A stretch of 64,000 nucleotides of DNA from an uncultured Verrucomicrobiae bacterium (lineage in GTDB: Bacteria > Verrucomicrobiota > Verrucomicrobiia > Limisphaerales > Palsa-1400), in the NCBI GenBank assembly GCA_963764165.1, contig CAVXRD010000002.1, positions 1,824,001-1,888,000 on the forward strand. Direction: 5' to 3'. How positions within the stretch are numbered: the stretch's first letter is position 1; every line of letters begins with the position of its first letter. The position numbers and the translations under genes were made by a program. Below the pieces are notes generated by a model. It did not search any database and had not been told where the DNA came from. It was given only the letters and a program-made list of their open reading frames with translations. Below are positions 41,301-51,648 of this stretch, piece by piece.

Positions 41301-41543
41301 GACGAATGTCATCTCACGCGAAACCAGATCGCGATAGGGTGAAGGCGGCTCAGAGCCAATGAAAAACGACATCTCGCGAGAGACGATTTCCTGGTAGTTT
41401 GGCGAGTCAACTCGCCCTATGGCAAGAGAGACTTCGCGCGAAATGACTTCTTTGGCCAGCAGCCTGGACTGTTGCGCCTTCAGCGAAGGAAGACACGCGC
41501 TCAGCCATGCCAGCACTAGAAATATGGCGTAATTAGATCGCAT
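38388..41543 (-). CDS. Secreted multidomain protein: SRE repeats, Fn3 domains, DUF11-like and Ig/cadherin-like domains
   Basis: Signal peptide; Fn3 motifs (LSW..Y.IY...YFAVVPV); VTNTG..DALPPGL; PPAGMSISSNGIISWTP; C-terminal VESSTNL..W..FYRV. Confidence 0.88.
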   Translation of the reverse strand: MRSNYAIFLVLAWLSACLPSLKAQQSRLLAKEVISREVSLAIGRVDSPNYQEIVSREMSFFIGSEPPSPYRDLVSREMTFVVALTNPPAPVQGLLVTSPPAGGTATLSWRSYNQWAQSDVGSYWIFVSTTPFTNVTGMTPVIQVPGETLTCTLSNLPTGENLYFAVVPVDVTTNFVAAVNFAGAYPVARELVSRETALFIGGEPPSPYHDIVSREATIVVSTGVPPAPVTGLQVTSSPDGSTAILSWANYNQWAQQDVASYDIYYSDHAFANVIGMTPVGIVPGETLTFTLTNLPTGLDHFFAVVPVASSGLAYSGVNFAASYIVAREVVSRETAVFVGGDAPDGYRDLVSRELTVVVASTNAPGPIASQQGALIASTSTSAYGAINLDWSGYNFLAQGDITNYLIYVSPTYFTQVTNLAPFAYAPAETTSWVLRGLVPLGVYYVAVVPVDALGRFSTVVTSVSAQASIGVLGEVGNLQAVSGSSSIEFDWTPPSGAGTFLAEYRLYIGNSTTPLTLSPTAVTYAATGLQPAEPYSVRITTVDIFGQESSGVSLVAATLLAPPANLTAEALNQFVGLSWNASLPSQILKQYDVYISLTNFTSIAGITPALTTVQNQANISNLLNGQTYYFAVTAVNISGGASDLSQVVSATPEVVTNASSYLRIIVSPAVAYLGPDQNFSYSVTVTNTGITNLIGVSLVDALPPGLELESVTYGRGSADIGDNSFTWSVGNMATNSAFTMTVEVASGVLTNLVKLTNSISAADAGGLASASAIQILNLNAGLPAPILPLISNQVVNELTPLFVTNTASESDPAAVLVYTLIQPPAGMSISSNGIISWTPAQTQSPGTNTITTVVTATDSAISGAAPESATNSFVVVVKEVNVAPVLPLVSNQYVTELSRLIVSNTAAEPNFHAALAYTLTNPPVGLSISTNGIITWTPSTAQSSTTNMVTTVVTATDPFDPINPVLSATNSFIVIVNPGLLITGAKWEKGGLFQFTINSGAGTNYVVESSTNLMNWNFVLEIQGSGGPLTVVDPNAGANSESFYRVKTGAQ

Positions 41544-42077
41544 GATCGTGTTGCTGTTCAGTTCCTGGTGCCTGCGCGTTATGCGCGGAAGCTACATCAA
41601 GGACGAACGACATGAACTTGCATCGCAGCGTAACCGCCGTTGTAAATGGGAACTTCGGCGGTCCACCGTATTACCAATGGGTTCTGATTCAGCGTTTCAA
41701 ACACGATGGCCGGCGTGTCATAAAATTGGCCGCTGGAACGCGGCATAACTCGAACATTCACGGTTGATTCCGCTTCCACATTGGTGGTCAATACGGTCAC
41801 GGTTGTCGAAGTAATTTGCGGCAGCGTAACGTCGGCGCCGAGGGCTCCGAAGGATGAACGCGGGTCGGACGGCACCGGTAAGCCATTGATGGTTTCAAGC
41901 GCCACCGCAGGACCGGTAGTAGGCATCCAAATGATAGGGGTCGCACCGTTTGTTAATGGCAGGACGCTGGGATCAGGAACGATATTTTGAAGACTGCTGT
42001 TGTCTGTCACTTGTTCGATCCGAATACGACCAAAACCCACATTAGCACCCTCGCCACTGGCGCCACCAAAAGCATTA

Positions 42078-43178
42078 TTGATCTCTGTATAATATAGTGA
42101 CAATATCACCAAAGCTCGGCTTGCTTCCAGAAGGCAGTGACCAATTTGGGTCTGCGCCGCATCCGGCTCAGGGCCTTGCGCCCGCAATGACTCAACTTCG
42201 CCAGGTCGGCCGCGCAAAGATTGGGCAACTCGTGCTGCTTGAAGTAACCCCAGACATACTCGGTGGGATTGAGTTCGGGCGCATAGGCAGGCAGTCGTTC
42301 CACCCAGATTTTGCCTTTCAGTTGATCCACATAGTCCCGCACCAGCCGGCTGCGGTGGATGGGGCCACCGTCCCAAATGACCAGAAGCTTGCCCGGGATG
42401 TGGCGTTGCAGATGTTTCAAGAATTCGATCACCTGCGGGCCTTTGATGGTGCCGGGGTAAAGCCGGAAGTAAAAGTTCCAGACCGTCACGCCAGCGATGA
42501 TCGAAAGCTTTTTCCAGTTGAAGTCGAACTGCAATACCGGGGTCTGGCCGCGCGGCGCCCAAGTGCGAACCCGGTGCGGCTTCTGGCTCAATCCGCTCTC
42601 GTCGATGAAAACCACGATTCGCCTCTCGCGGAGGGCTTTTTTTTAAGCTGCGGCCAGCGCACTTTGCGCCAGCGGGTGATCTCCCGCTCATGGCGCTGCC
42701 GAGCCTGGGTGGTGGGCCGCTGGCAGCTCCAACCCAGCTTTTGCAGAAGCCGGCAAACATGGTCCTCGTGGTATTGGACGCCCGTCAACCGTTGGATAAC
42801 GGCGGCCACCCGCCGGGTGGTCCAAAGCTGGGTGCCAAAGTCATGGGCTTCGGGTCCCTGTTTGAGGGCCCGTTCCAACTGGCGGAAGTTCTCGTCGGTC
42901 AGGCGGGGCTTGCGCCCGGCTCGCCCAGCCTTTTTGAGAGAGGGCGCGCCATGGTCCTGCCAAGCCTTATGCCAGCGGCTGACCGATTGCCGGTGGACGC
43001 CAACTTGGCGGGCGACCTCGGCCTGGCTCAAGCCTCGGTCGAAAAGTTTGACGGCTTTCATGCGCCGCCGTTCCAGTCGTGCAAACTGCGCCAAATCGCG
43101 TTTTACGCCTTTAGGATTTCCCATGCCCAAAAATTAGCATAAAAACAATAATGTGTCACTATATTATGCAGAGATCAA
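42078..43178 (-). mobile_element. IS630-family insertion sequence
   Basis: Terminal IRs TTGATCTCTG(T/C)ATAATATAGTGACA with one mismatch; TA duplication at 42076-42077 and 43179-43180. Confidence 0.95.
42106..43124 (-). CDS. IS630 transposase (two ORFs joined by -1 frameshift)
   Basis: HTH ORF (GLSQAEVARQVGVHRQSV, LWT) and DDE ORF (FIDESG, IWDG, PELNPTE); slippery A8G at ~42636-42644. Confidence 0.93.
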
Positions 43179-44642
43179 TAAGCACGCCATCTCCCAAAAG
43201 TGTGTTTGCCACCAGGCGAATACCTCCGCCGCTACCAGGGCTATTATGCCAATCTTGATTGCCAATCCCATTCGCGCCGCCTCCGTTTGCGTGTATTGTC
43301 CCATTTAACGTCAGATCATTGGCCACCGCAATCAGCATCGCGCCGCCACCGCCCCCGCCAGACAGGCTAGGAAATTTGTTGTTATCGCCGGAACCGCCCG
43401 ATCCACCTATAAGCGGGATCAACGACGGGTTCCCGTAGGGGGCGGGAGCGTTTCCGCTCGTTGTTGTTCCATAGTTAGCACCCCAGTCGTTGTCGTTGAT
43501 GAACCAAGTGCCGGGTCCGAATCCGGTTGCTGGGCCAGCACCACCGCCAATATTACCAACACCACCCCTAAATCCACCGGGGCCTGGCTCCGCCAGGAAA
43601 GGCGCGCCTGCTTGAGCCCACCCGTCCAAAGAGATCGTGCCCTCAATATCCACATTACCACTGACCAACCACACTACCGGCGCGCGGCTGGGATGGTTTA
43701 TAAACGTTACCGTCGCACCGGCCTGGATGATAACATTGGTATACTTGAACACCACTGCCCATTGCACAGGGTCATAGACACCGTTACCTGCATTGGTGGA
43801 ATTATTCTGGCTCCAAACACCAGTCGTGGCCTGGCTCAGATCGATATTCGTGCTGGTAATGACCAGCAACGAACCATCCGAACCATCGCTCGGGACGACG
43901 ATTTGAGCGAAGGTCGCAGGCGCAATCACACCAAGTGCGAGGGCGAGAGCTGAAGTGGCGAGTAGTCGAATCAAGGTTTTCATAGGCTTTTCTGTGTTGA
44001 GGTTAATTAAAGGCAAGTGCGGTTTGTAAAATAGGTGTCTAGAGAGTGCGGCTGAAAAGCACAAAGGTGAGGCTCGGCAGGAGCCTCTCCCTATCGTAAT
44101 TCGCTGTTGGGACGGGTGCGCTGCCATCGCTGATCGTATTCTTCTGGCCGGAAAATTTCATGTCACAGCATTCTTCAATGGATACATATGGCGTTTTTTT
44201 GGATCCGTTGCAGAAATAATGAAAATATTTTCAGTGGCAGGAATGCTTCGGAAGGATGGCGCAGCGGACGCAGGCTCGGCGAATCGATTTTCCGCGATTT
44301 CATTTGGTTGTTCCCCGTCAAATAAAACGCCGGCAAATTCCAAAATTTCCGGAGTCCGGCTGGGCACACGCCACGCTGGAAAAAATGCTACGAACTGATG
44401 GATATGGTTTTGAAGATATCTCAGCTCGAAAGCAAATTGAGTCAACTAAATTGTTATTTTGCGCATCCTCCTTATCGACTAGGAGTGACAGTCACCGGAA
44501 ATGTGAAGCGAAGAGTGAGGCTCCTGTCCGTCCAGTCGGGCGCTTATTGGAATTCCAGAGGGGCTTCTTCAGGGCTCGACAGAGTTTCGCCATGCCAAGA
44601 TTGGTGCTGACGGCGGTGGAAGCGCTCGCTAACATTCACGCA

Positions 44643-45644
44643 ATGGTTCGCAAATTTATTTTTAGGATCGCGCTGCTTCTGGCAACTGCGACCGCGTATG
44701 CCCAATCAACATCCCCGCCCTCAGATGGAAACAAAACGCACTCCGGCAATCCGATTTTTCCGGGGTGGTACGCGGATCCGGAGGCAAAGGTGTTTGGCAA
44801 GACTTATTGGATTTATCCAACCTATTCCGCCCCTTATGGCGAGCAAACGTTTTTTGACGCGTTTTCCTCGCCGGACCTCGTGCATTGGACGAAGCATTCG
44901 CGGATCATGAGCAGCAATACCGTCACTTGGGCGCATCGCGCGATTTGGGCGCCGGCGGTGGCGGAGAAGGAGGGGCGTTATTTTATTTTCTTCGGCGCGA
45001 ACGATATTCAAAAAGACGGCCAAGCTGGCGGCCTCGGCGTGGCGGTGGCGGACAAGCCGGAGGGGCCGTTCAATGATTATCTGGGCAAGCCGCTGATCGA
45101 CCGTTTTTACAATGGCGCGCAGCCGATTGATCCGTTCGTTTTTCACGATACCGATGGTCAATACTATTTGATTTATGGCGGATGGAGCCATTGCAATGTC
45201 TGCCTTCTGACGGATGATTTTCGCGGCATCAAACCGATGGCGGACGGCGCGCTGTTCAAGGAAATCACGCCCAAAGGCTACGTCGAAGGTTCGGTGATGC
45301 TCAAACGCGGCGGCAAATATTATTTCATGTGGTCGGAAGGCGGCTGGGGAGGGCCGAATTACTCCGTTGCCTACGCAATGGCGGATTCGCCGCTGGGGCC
45401 GTTTCAGCGCATTGGGAAGATTCTGCAGCAGGATCCCAAGGTTGCGACTGGCGCGGGGCATCATTCGGTGATTCAAGTTCCGGGGACGGATAGATACTAT
45501 ATTGTCTACCACCGGCGGCCGCTGGGCGAAACGGACGGCAACCATCGAGTGACTTGCATCGACAAGATGGAATTCGACGAGCAAGGCCTCATCAAACCTG
45601 TGAAGATCACATTCGAAGGCGTCCCGGGAACTCCGATTCCGTGA
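44643..45644 (+). CDS. Glycoside hydrolase family 43
   Basis: NPIFPGWYADP, IWAP, IDPFVF, YVEG, GHHS; signal peptide from ATG 44643. Confidence 0.93.
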   Translation: MVRKFIFRIALLLATATAYAQSTSPPSDGNKTHSGNPIFPGWYADPEAKVFGKTYWIYPTYSAPYGEQTFFDAFSSPDLVHWTKHSRIMSSNTVTWAHRAIWAPAVAEKEGRYFIFFGANDIQKDGQAGGLGVAVADKPEGPFNDYLGKPLIDRFYNGAQPIDPFVFHDTDGQYYLIYGGWSHCNVCLLTDDFRGIKPMADGALFKEITPKGYVEGSVMLKRGGKYYFMWSEGGWGGPNYSVAYAMADSPLGPFQRIGKILQQDPKVATGAGHHSVIQVPGTDRYYIVYHRRPLGETDGNHRVTCIDKMEFDEQGLIKPVKITFEGVPGTPIP

Positions 45645-46224
45645 CGGGAAGAGAGGTTTGATCGGGGGTTGCTGGATTCCCCCGCCTCATCCACCAAAGG
45701 CCGATCACCCAAACACACGCCGCTCCCATCCCAATCCAGCCGACCGTTCGCACGACGGCGGCGATGTGCGTGTCGCGCTGCAGAACGCCCCAGCGTCCAA
45801 AAATCGTCCACCAGTCGTGTTCGCCGCCACCAACCAACGGCAAAACTTGCTCCCGCGCATCGGCCATATAGCGGGCGATGTTCAGCCAATTCTCAAAGAA
45901 CCAAATGACGGCGGCGGCAAACGCAATCGCATCACGCTTGCGCCAAAACGAGATGGCTAATATCACCGGAAAAGTTAGCTGCCCCATCGTGCCTCCGTAG
46001 ACCATCAAGCGGTTGCTGAAAATTCCGTACAATGGATGGCCGGCTTCGTGGAACATCAAATTCGCGTCGTCCAGGGCGAACACGAAGCCAGGCGTGGACT
46101 TTAGAACCAGAATGAGAAAAAGGAAGACGCCGGCCAAAAAACCCGTCAGCTTCCGGGTAGGAATGCAGTCCCATCGCGCGCTGCCTGGCAATTGGATATT
46201 CAAAGCTCGCTCACATTCTAACAT
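45607..46224 (-). CDS. Membrane protein with HExxH motif (M50-like metallopeptidase candidate)
   Basis: NLMFHEAGH next to TM segments, YMADA, GEHDW; abuts the GH92 stop. Confidence 0.75.
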   Translation of the reverse strand: MLECERALNIQLPGSARWDCIPTRKLTGFLAGVFLFLILVLKSTPGFVFALDDANLMFHEAGHPLYGIFSNRLMVYGGTMGQLTFPVILAISFWRKRDAIAFAAAVIWFFENWLNIARYMADAREQVLPLVGGGEHDWWTIFGRWGVLQRDTHIAAVVRTVGWIGMGAACVWVIGLWWMRRGNPATPDQTSLPVTESEFPGRLRM

Positions 46225-49152
46225 TTACTTTGCCGCATGAAATAAAACTTCCTTCTGGATCGGCATCCGCTCGAAGCCCGGCCCCGACCAATCCGTTGTC
46301 AACGAAATGATCTCCGTGCATTTGTAAGTTTTCAAGGTGAAGGCATGATACCCTTGGCGCAGCGCCAAGGTCGCCTGCTGCGGGAGCGCGGCGTCCTTGC
46401 GGCAATCGCTTTCGAATTGCTCCTGGCCATCGATCAACAATTGGCCGCCGTCCTTCGCCGCCACGTAAAAGGTGTATTCGCCATCCCTGGGAATTTTGAT
46501 GAATCCATCGAACGCGCTGGCGACCCAATTCGTCCGCTGAATGATCGCCGTCGTGGGCCGATCCACCACGCCGGTGGCAACAGGGTGGTCTCGGGCAAAA
46601 TCGTAGACCGACCGATAAATACCCTCGTAATACGCATAAGCCAATCCCGGCGCCGGTTCCGCCGCAAGAGTCAGCGCCTCGGCGGGGCTCAGCATCCGTT
46701 CCACCGTGAGGCTTGGCGACATTCCGGTTTTGAAGGCGCGCATCTTCACGGTGGTTTTGGCGCTCACGTCGAACGCCCCCTCGTAAAGGCGCGAGTGGGA
46801 GTCGGGCGTTGCTCCATCGATGGTGTAATGGATTTCCGCGCCGGGTTCGTCGCATTTCATTTCGACTTTTGCGGTATCCAAAAATTTGTCTGAAATCCGT
46901 GTCAAATATGGCGGGGCGCAAACGCGCGCGGCGAGAGGAAGTTCCGCCACATGCGCCGCCCATTTCTCGTTCGGCCTGGCCCCCATCACAAAATCCAGCT
47001 TGCCACCCGCCATGATTGCCGCGTGGGTCAATGTGTAATTGTCGAGTTTCTTTCCATCCAAACGCGCGCTTTGGATGTAGACGTTCTCCGCGCTGTTGTC
47101 GCGGGCGCTGATCGTGAACGTTTTGTGTCCCGGCAGGTGCATCGCCGCCTTTTCAAAGAGCGGGCTGCCGATGACATAACCCGGTCTTCCCGGGCACATC
47201 GAATAAAAGCCCAGAGCGCTCATCACATACCACGCGGAAATCTGGCCGCAATCGTCGTTGCCGTTCAAACCGGCTGGCTTGTCGTCGTATTGCTCCTGCA
47301 AAACGCGCCTCACCATCGACTGCGTTTTCCACGGCTGGCCGGCAAAATCGTAAAGATACGCGATGTGATGGCTGGGCTCGTTGCCGTGCGCGTATTGGCC
47401 GATCAATCCGGAAATGTCGTTCTCATCGCCCAAATCGATTGTCATCTTCGTTGTGAAAAGCTTGTCCAGATATTTTGCCAGGCCCGCTTTGCCGCCGAGC
47501 AGCTCGGTCAGCCCCGCGATGTCATGCGGAACGAAGAGGCTGTATTGCCACGCGTTGCCTTCGGTGTAGTTGAGGCCCGGCGCCTGCGGATCAAACGGCG
47601 CGGACCATTGGTGGGCGTCATCCTTGCCGCGCATGTATCCGACGGACGGATCGTAAATGTCCCGGTAAAATTGCGAGCGCGCGGTGAAATATTCGTAGTC
47701 ATCCACCCGCCCGAGCGCGGCTGCCATTTGCGAGATGCACCAATCGTCGTAAGCGTATTCGAGCGTTTTCGAAACGGCCTGGCTGCCTTTGTTCGCGGGC
47801 ACATATCCGAGTGTTCGATAATCCTTGATGCCGCGTTTGTTGAGGAACGCCGTTTTTTTCATCTCGGTGAACGCCGCTTGCGCGTCGATGTTCGTGATGC
47901 CTTTCGCATACGCGTCCGCAATCACCGAGACACCGTGATAGCCGATCATGCAGCGCGTGTCGTTGGCGGCGAGTTCCCACATCGGGATTTCACCGAATAG
48001 TTGACTCATGTTGACCAGCGTCTTCGCAAAATCCGCCGAGCGCTCGGGATCGAGAATGGTCAGGAACGGATGCAGCCCGCGAAACGTGTCCCACAACGAG
48101 AACACCGTGTAATTCGTGAAACCAACCGCGGTGTGGACGTTGCCATCCATGCCGCGATATTGCCTGTCCACGTCCTGGAACAAATTCGGCGTCAGCAGAG
48201 CGTGGTAAAGCGCGGTGTAGAAAATGCGGCGATCACGGGGCGTTCCGCCTTTCACATCGATCATCGAGAGATATTTGTTCCACGTCTTTCTCGCGTCTGA
48301 CCGAGCCTCGTCAAAACTCAAATGCGACGCTTCCGCCTCGATATTTTTCCACGCGCCCTCCGCGCTGACCGCTGAAGTCGCGACCTTCACTTCAACTTGC
48401 TCGCCGGGCTTGACGTCGAATTGCAGCAGCGCCTGCAAGGCCGTGCCGTTCACACGCCTCGCCGAATTCGCCTGCCCGCGCTCGTAGATTTTCGGATCAG
48501 AGAATGGTTTGGAAAATTCCATCGCGAAATAATGGAATTGATCGCCTGCCCAAAACTTCGACCGCCGAAAACCTTCGACGCGCCGGTCGCTCACGACGTT
48601 GATGAAACCTTCAGTCACCGGATCGCGATGGATGAGATCGACGAGGAAATGGGCCGGGCCGCCCTGCTGAAACGTATACCGATGCAGCCCGACCCGGTCG
48701 GTCGCGGTCAACTCGGCCTTCACTTGATAATCGTCCAGCACAACGGTGTAATATCCCGGCTCCGCCTTTTCCGTTTCATGGCGAAACGCGCTGCGATAGC
48801 CGCTGCGCGGAATATTCGTCTCACCCGGGGCGAGTTTCGGCTCGCCCGTGATTGGCGTGAGAAGAATATCACCGTAATCCGGCACACCCACTCCCGAAAG
48901 ATGCGTGTGGCTGAAACCAAGAATGGTTGTATCCGCAATGTAATATCCGGCGCAACTGTCCCACGAATTATCATTCCGCGTGTCCGGCCCCACTTGCATC
49001 ATGCCAAACGGCATGCTCGGCCCGGGGAACGTGTGGCCGTGGCCGCCGGTGCCAATAAAAACATCCACATCCGCCAGGTTATCGGCCCGCGCCGCAAGGG
49101 AGAAGAGCGCGAGAGTCAACAACCACAATCCGAGCCAAGATTTTCGTCTCAT
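46225..49152 (-). CDS. GH92 alpha-mannosidase with C-terminal Fn3-like and PA14 domains
   Basis: FIGTGGHGHTFPG, FSHTHLSG, SLWDTFR, EGNAWQY, GNEPSHH, GNDDCGQ; IHYTIDG; GEYTFYV. Confidence 0.96.
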   Translation of the reverse strand: MRRKSWLGLWLLTLALFSLAARADNLADVDVFIGTGGHGHTFPGPSMPFGMMQVGPDTRNDNSWDSCAGYYIADTTILGFSHTHLSGVGVPDYGDILLTPITGEPKLAPGETNIPRSGYRSAFRHETEKAEPGYYTVVLDDYQVKAELTATDRVGLHRYTFQQGGPAHFLVDLIHRDPVTEGFINVVSDRRVEGFRRSKFWAGDQFHYFAMEFSKPFSDPKIYERGQANSARRVNGTALQALLQFDVKPGEQVEVKVATSAVSAEGAWKNIEAEASHLSFDEARSDARKTWNKYLSMIDVKGGTPRDRRIFYTALYHALLTPNLFQDVDRQYRGMDGNVHTAVGFTNYTVFSLWDTFRGLHPFLTILDPERSADFAKTLVNMSQLFGEIPMWELAANDTRCMIGYHGVSVIADAYAKGITNIDAQAAFTEMKKTAFLNKRGIKDYRTLGYVPANKGSQAVSKTLEYAYDDWCISQMAAALGRVDDYEYFTARSQFYRDIYDPSVGYMRGKDDAHQWSAPFDPQAPGLNYTEGNAWQYSLFVPHDIAGLTELLGGKAGLAKYLDKLFTTKMTIDLGDENDISGLIGQYAHGNEPSHHIAYLYDFAGQPWKTQSMVRRVLQEQYDDKPAGLNGNDDCGQISAWYVMSALGFYSMCPGRPGYVIGSPLFEKAAMHLPGHKTFTISARDNSAENVYIQSARLDGKKLDNYTLTHAAIMAGGKLDFVMGARPNEKWAAHVAELPLAARVCAPPYLTRISDKFLDTAKVEMKCDEPGAEIHYTIDGATPDSHSRLYEGAFDVSAKTTVKMRAFKTGMSPSLTVERMLSPAEALTLAAEPAPGLAYAYYEGIYRSVYDFARDHPVATGVVDRPTTAIIQRTNWVASAFDGFIKIPRDGEYTFYVAAKDGGQLLIDGQEQFESDCRKDAALPQQATLALRQGYHAFTLKTYKCTEIISLTTDWSGPGFERMPIQKEVLFHAAK

Positions 49153-49207
49153 CGAGTCGGAACCTTAGCGCAGGCACCCGCGCGATGACCAGATTGTTTA
49201 TGGCCGT

Positions 49208-49675
49208 TCAGAAGCGAACGGCGAGGATTTCCAAATTTTGCCGGCCCCCCGGGGTGTTGAAGCGAACTCGGTCGCCGACGCGTGCTTTGAGCAGCGCTTT
49301 CGCCAGTGGAGACAGCCAACTGATCCAATTCCGATCCATGTCCGCTTCGTCCACTCCGACAATGCGATAGCTGGTTTCCTCGCCCCGTTGGTCGCGAACG
49401 GTGACCGTGGCGCCGAAAAGAACCTGGTCCCACGGTGGTGCTGGCGGTGACGGAGCAGTCGCCGCCGTCTCCAGAATTTGCTGGATTTCAAAGATGCGCT
49501 GCCGAACGGATGGCGATTCCGGTTCGGCAGCGAGTTCTTCCATTTCACGGTGGAGACGGTCCAAGCCATCGGGCGTGAAATAATTCTTTACGCCGGGCGG
49601 AAGGGAATTGGCCTGTCGTCTCAGCACCGGACGCTCCGGCAGGTCGTCTGTTTCGCGTGTGAATGCCTTGCTCAT
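49208..49675 (-). CDS. GreA/GreB family elongation factor-like protein
   Basis: MSKAFTRE, VLFGATVTV, YRIVGVDE, ISWLSPLAKALL. Confidence 0.9.
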   Translation of the reverse strand: MSKAFTRETDDLPERPVLRRQANSLPPGVKNYFTPDGLDRLHREMEELAAEPESPSVRQRIFEIQQILETAATAPSPPAPPWDQVLFGATVTVRDQRGEETSYRIVGVDEADMDRNWISWLSPLAKALLKARVGDRVRFNTPGGRQNLEILAVRF

Positions 49676-49834
49676 GACGAGATAATATACACCGTAACTT
49701 CGGAATCGGCATGAGGGCTTTCCCCGGTTTTCTTCCTCTGGCCTTTTGAAGACGCCTGGCGTCGTGCCAGGGCAGACGCATCTTAATTCTTGTAATCTAT
49801 TGAATATCGGCGAGCGACCAGATCGCTGATTGGA

Positions 49835-49859
49835 AGGGACGCCTCGCCGAGGCGTCCCT
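49835..49859. repeat. REP palindrome, family D
   Basis: AGGGACGCCTCGCCGAGGCGTCCCT. Confidence 0.75.
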
Positions 49860-49971
49860 GCCTTGGAATTAAGACGCGTTTGCCCTGGGCTGGGTGCGCC
49901 CAGTCATTGACGTCGAGAGTATTTTTTGTATGGTCGTGGCATATTCAATATCAGTTGCGAGAAGGAATTAT

Positions 49972-50484
49972 ATGCAAAAAATCACGACCTTTCTTTGGTT
50001 CGATACCGAAGCGGAGGAGGCCGCTAAGTATTATGTCTCCATCTTTAAGAACTCGAAAATCCTGAGCGTCACGCACTATGGTGCGGCCGGCTCGAAGGCT
50101 TCCGGACGGCCGCTCGGCCTCGTGATGACGGTGGAATTTCAGTTGGAGGGGCAGAAGTTCGTCGCGCTTAACGGCGGGCCTCATTTCAAATTCACCGAAG
50201 CCATTTCGCTCGTCGTCAATTGTGAGACGCAGGCGGAAGTGAATACGATGTGGAAAAAACTGTCCGCCGGCGGCGAGGAGAGCCAATGCGGATGGCTGAA
50301 GGATAAATACGGGTTGTCATGGCAAATCACCCCCGTCGAGTTGATGGACGCGATCAAGAGCAAAGACCCAGAGATAGTCGAGCGCGCGATGGCGGAAATG
50401 ATGAAAATGACTAAAATCGAGTTGGCGCCGATCAGAAAAGCCATCCGGCAGGCGCCTGGAAAACGAAAAGGGACCGCCACTTGA
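49972..50484 (+). CDS. VOC family protein (PhnB/3-demethylubiquinone methyltransferase-like)
   Basis: MQKITTFLWFD, ALNGGP, CGWLKDKYGLSWQI; SD AAGGA. Confidence 0.92.
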   Translation: MQKITTFLWFDTEAEEAAKYYVSIFKNSKILSVTHYGAAGSKASGRPLGLVMTVEFQLEGQKFVALNGGPHFKFTEAISLVVNCETQAEVNTMWKKLSAGGEESQCGWLKDKYGLSWQITPVELMDAIKSKDPEIVERAMAEMMKMTKIELAPIRKAIRQAPGKRKGTAT

Positions 50485-50769
50485 TGCGCAGTGCGGACGC
50501 GCCTCACGCCCCCGCATCGGCCCGCGAGGATGGACTGGCTGTCCTGATGCTGAAAACAGACCGCGCGGGACCAGTCCTCCGCGTTTGAATCCTGCCTAGG
50601 ATCATTTGTCCGCGTTGACGATGACACAGCCGATTGGTTCTGGCCAAAGCCGGAGAAGGACGCATTGCGACAAACGTCGGATCCCTGGATTTGATGTCAC
50701 GAAAATGGGTTGCAAATATTGGCGGCGCGAGCCAGATTTCGCCGGGCCAATCTTTCGAGCCCTGACGTC

Positions 50770-51444
50770 ATGATCAGAAAATTGGAAGAAAACACCGGGC
50801 TTGCTGAACACCAGCCTCGTCACCAATGCCTCATTTATGACGGCCCGCCCTCAAAACTGCTGCCTGTGATGGCCGCCATGATAAAGCGAAAGCTGAATGA
50901 GGGTTACAGATGCCTGTATCTAAACAGCCGTCCCATGGTGGCCGGCATCCGATCCTCCCTTGCGAGCATTGGCGTCGATGTCATAAGCGAGGCCGCCAAA
51001 GGCAGTCTGGACTTGTCTTCCGAGTCCGTCGTCTCCGCGGATGGTGCTTTTGAAGCGGATAAAATGCTGCGCAAGCTTGAAGACGCTTTGGACCAGGCAG
51101 TCAACGACGGCTATAAAGGGCTGTGGGCAACCGGGGATATGACGTGGGAGTTCGGCTCCGCGAAAAATTTTGCCAAGCTCATGGAGTATGAGTACGGGCT
51201 TGAGGCGTTATTTTGCAGACGGCCGGAGCTGTGCGGAATCTGCCAGTATCACCAAGATACGCTCCCGCGCGACGTGGCACGAAAAGCCCTGCTGACGCAT
51301 CAAATGATCTTCTTCAACGAAACGCTTTCACGCCTGAACCCGCACTATGTTCCATCCGCGATGGCACACGAAGGATTGGCAGCCAATCCGCAATTGGATG
51401 GGATCATCACCGCGCTTCGCCAGTTTCAGAACGCGGAATCTTGA
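50770..51444 (+). CDS. Stand-alone MEDS domain protein
   Basis: HQCLIYDG, GYRCLY, GYKGLWATGDMTW, LMEYE, ICQY. Confidence 0.85.
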   Translation: MIRKLEENTGLAEHQPRHQCLIYDGPPSKLLPVMAAMIKRKLNEGYRCLYLNSRPMVAGIRSSLASIGVDVISEAAKGSLDLSSESVVSADGAFEADKMLRKLEDALDQAVNDGYKGLWATGDMTWEFGSAKNFAKLMEYEYGLEALFCRRPELCGICQYHQDTLPRDVARKALLTHQMIFFNETLSRLNPHYVPSAMAHEGLAANPQLDGIITALRQFQNAES

Positions 51445-51648
51445 CCGCGCCTCCCCGCGCAAGTCTTATGGACGCGGAAGAGATTGGGCGGCGAAGAGAA
51501 CATGGCCCCGGCAAGCCTTGGTTCTTAGAAGGGACGGACATCTGCAAATGCCTCGCTTTCACGGCGCTGCTTAAAAAACCGATTTGCCCCCCTCTGTCAA
51601 CAATCGTTCGATTTGACGAACTATTCCCAAAAAGTTAAAACTTGCGCC

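Larger units (their letters stand above)
41597..43983 (-). pseudogene. Secreted glycine-rich protein interrupted by IS630
   Basis: Signal peptide MKTLIRLLATS...; removing the IS and one TA restores the frame ...LLGDGVL-N-AFGGASGE... to the stop at 41597. Confidence 0.88.

Noticed and set aside
42630..42650. Split transposase as a pseudogene or novel recoding
   Set aside because: An A-run -1 frameshift between HTH and DDE ORFs is ordinary for IS630.
38281..44600. Second island downstream of the tRNA-Ser 3' end
   Set aside because: Content looks accessory, but I found no duplicated tRNA 3' end and no second integrase.
44256..44642. 129-aa N-terminal extension of GH43
   Set aside because: Non-protein-like; the signal peptide begins at ATG 44643.
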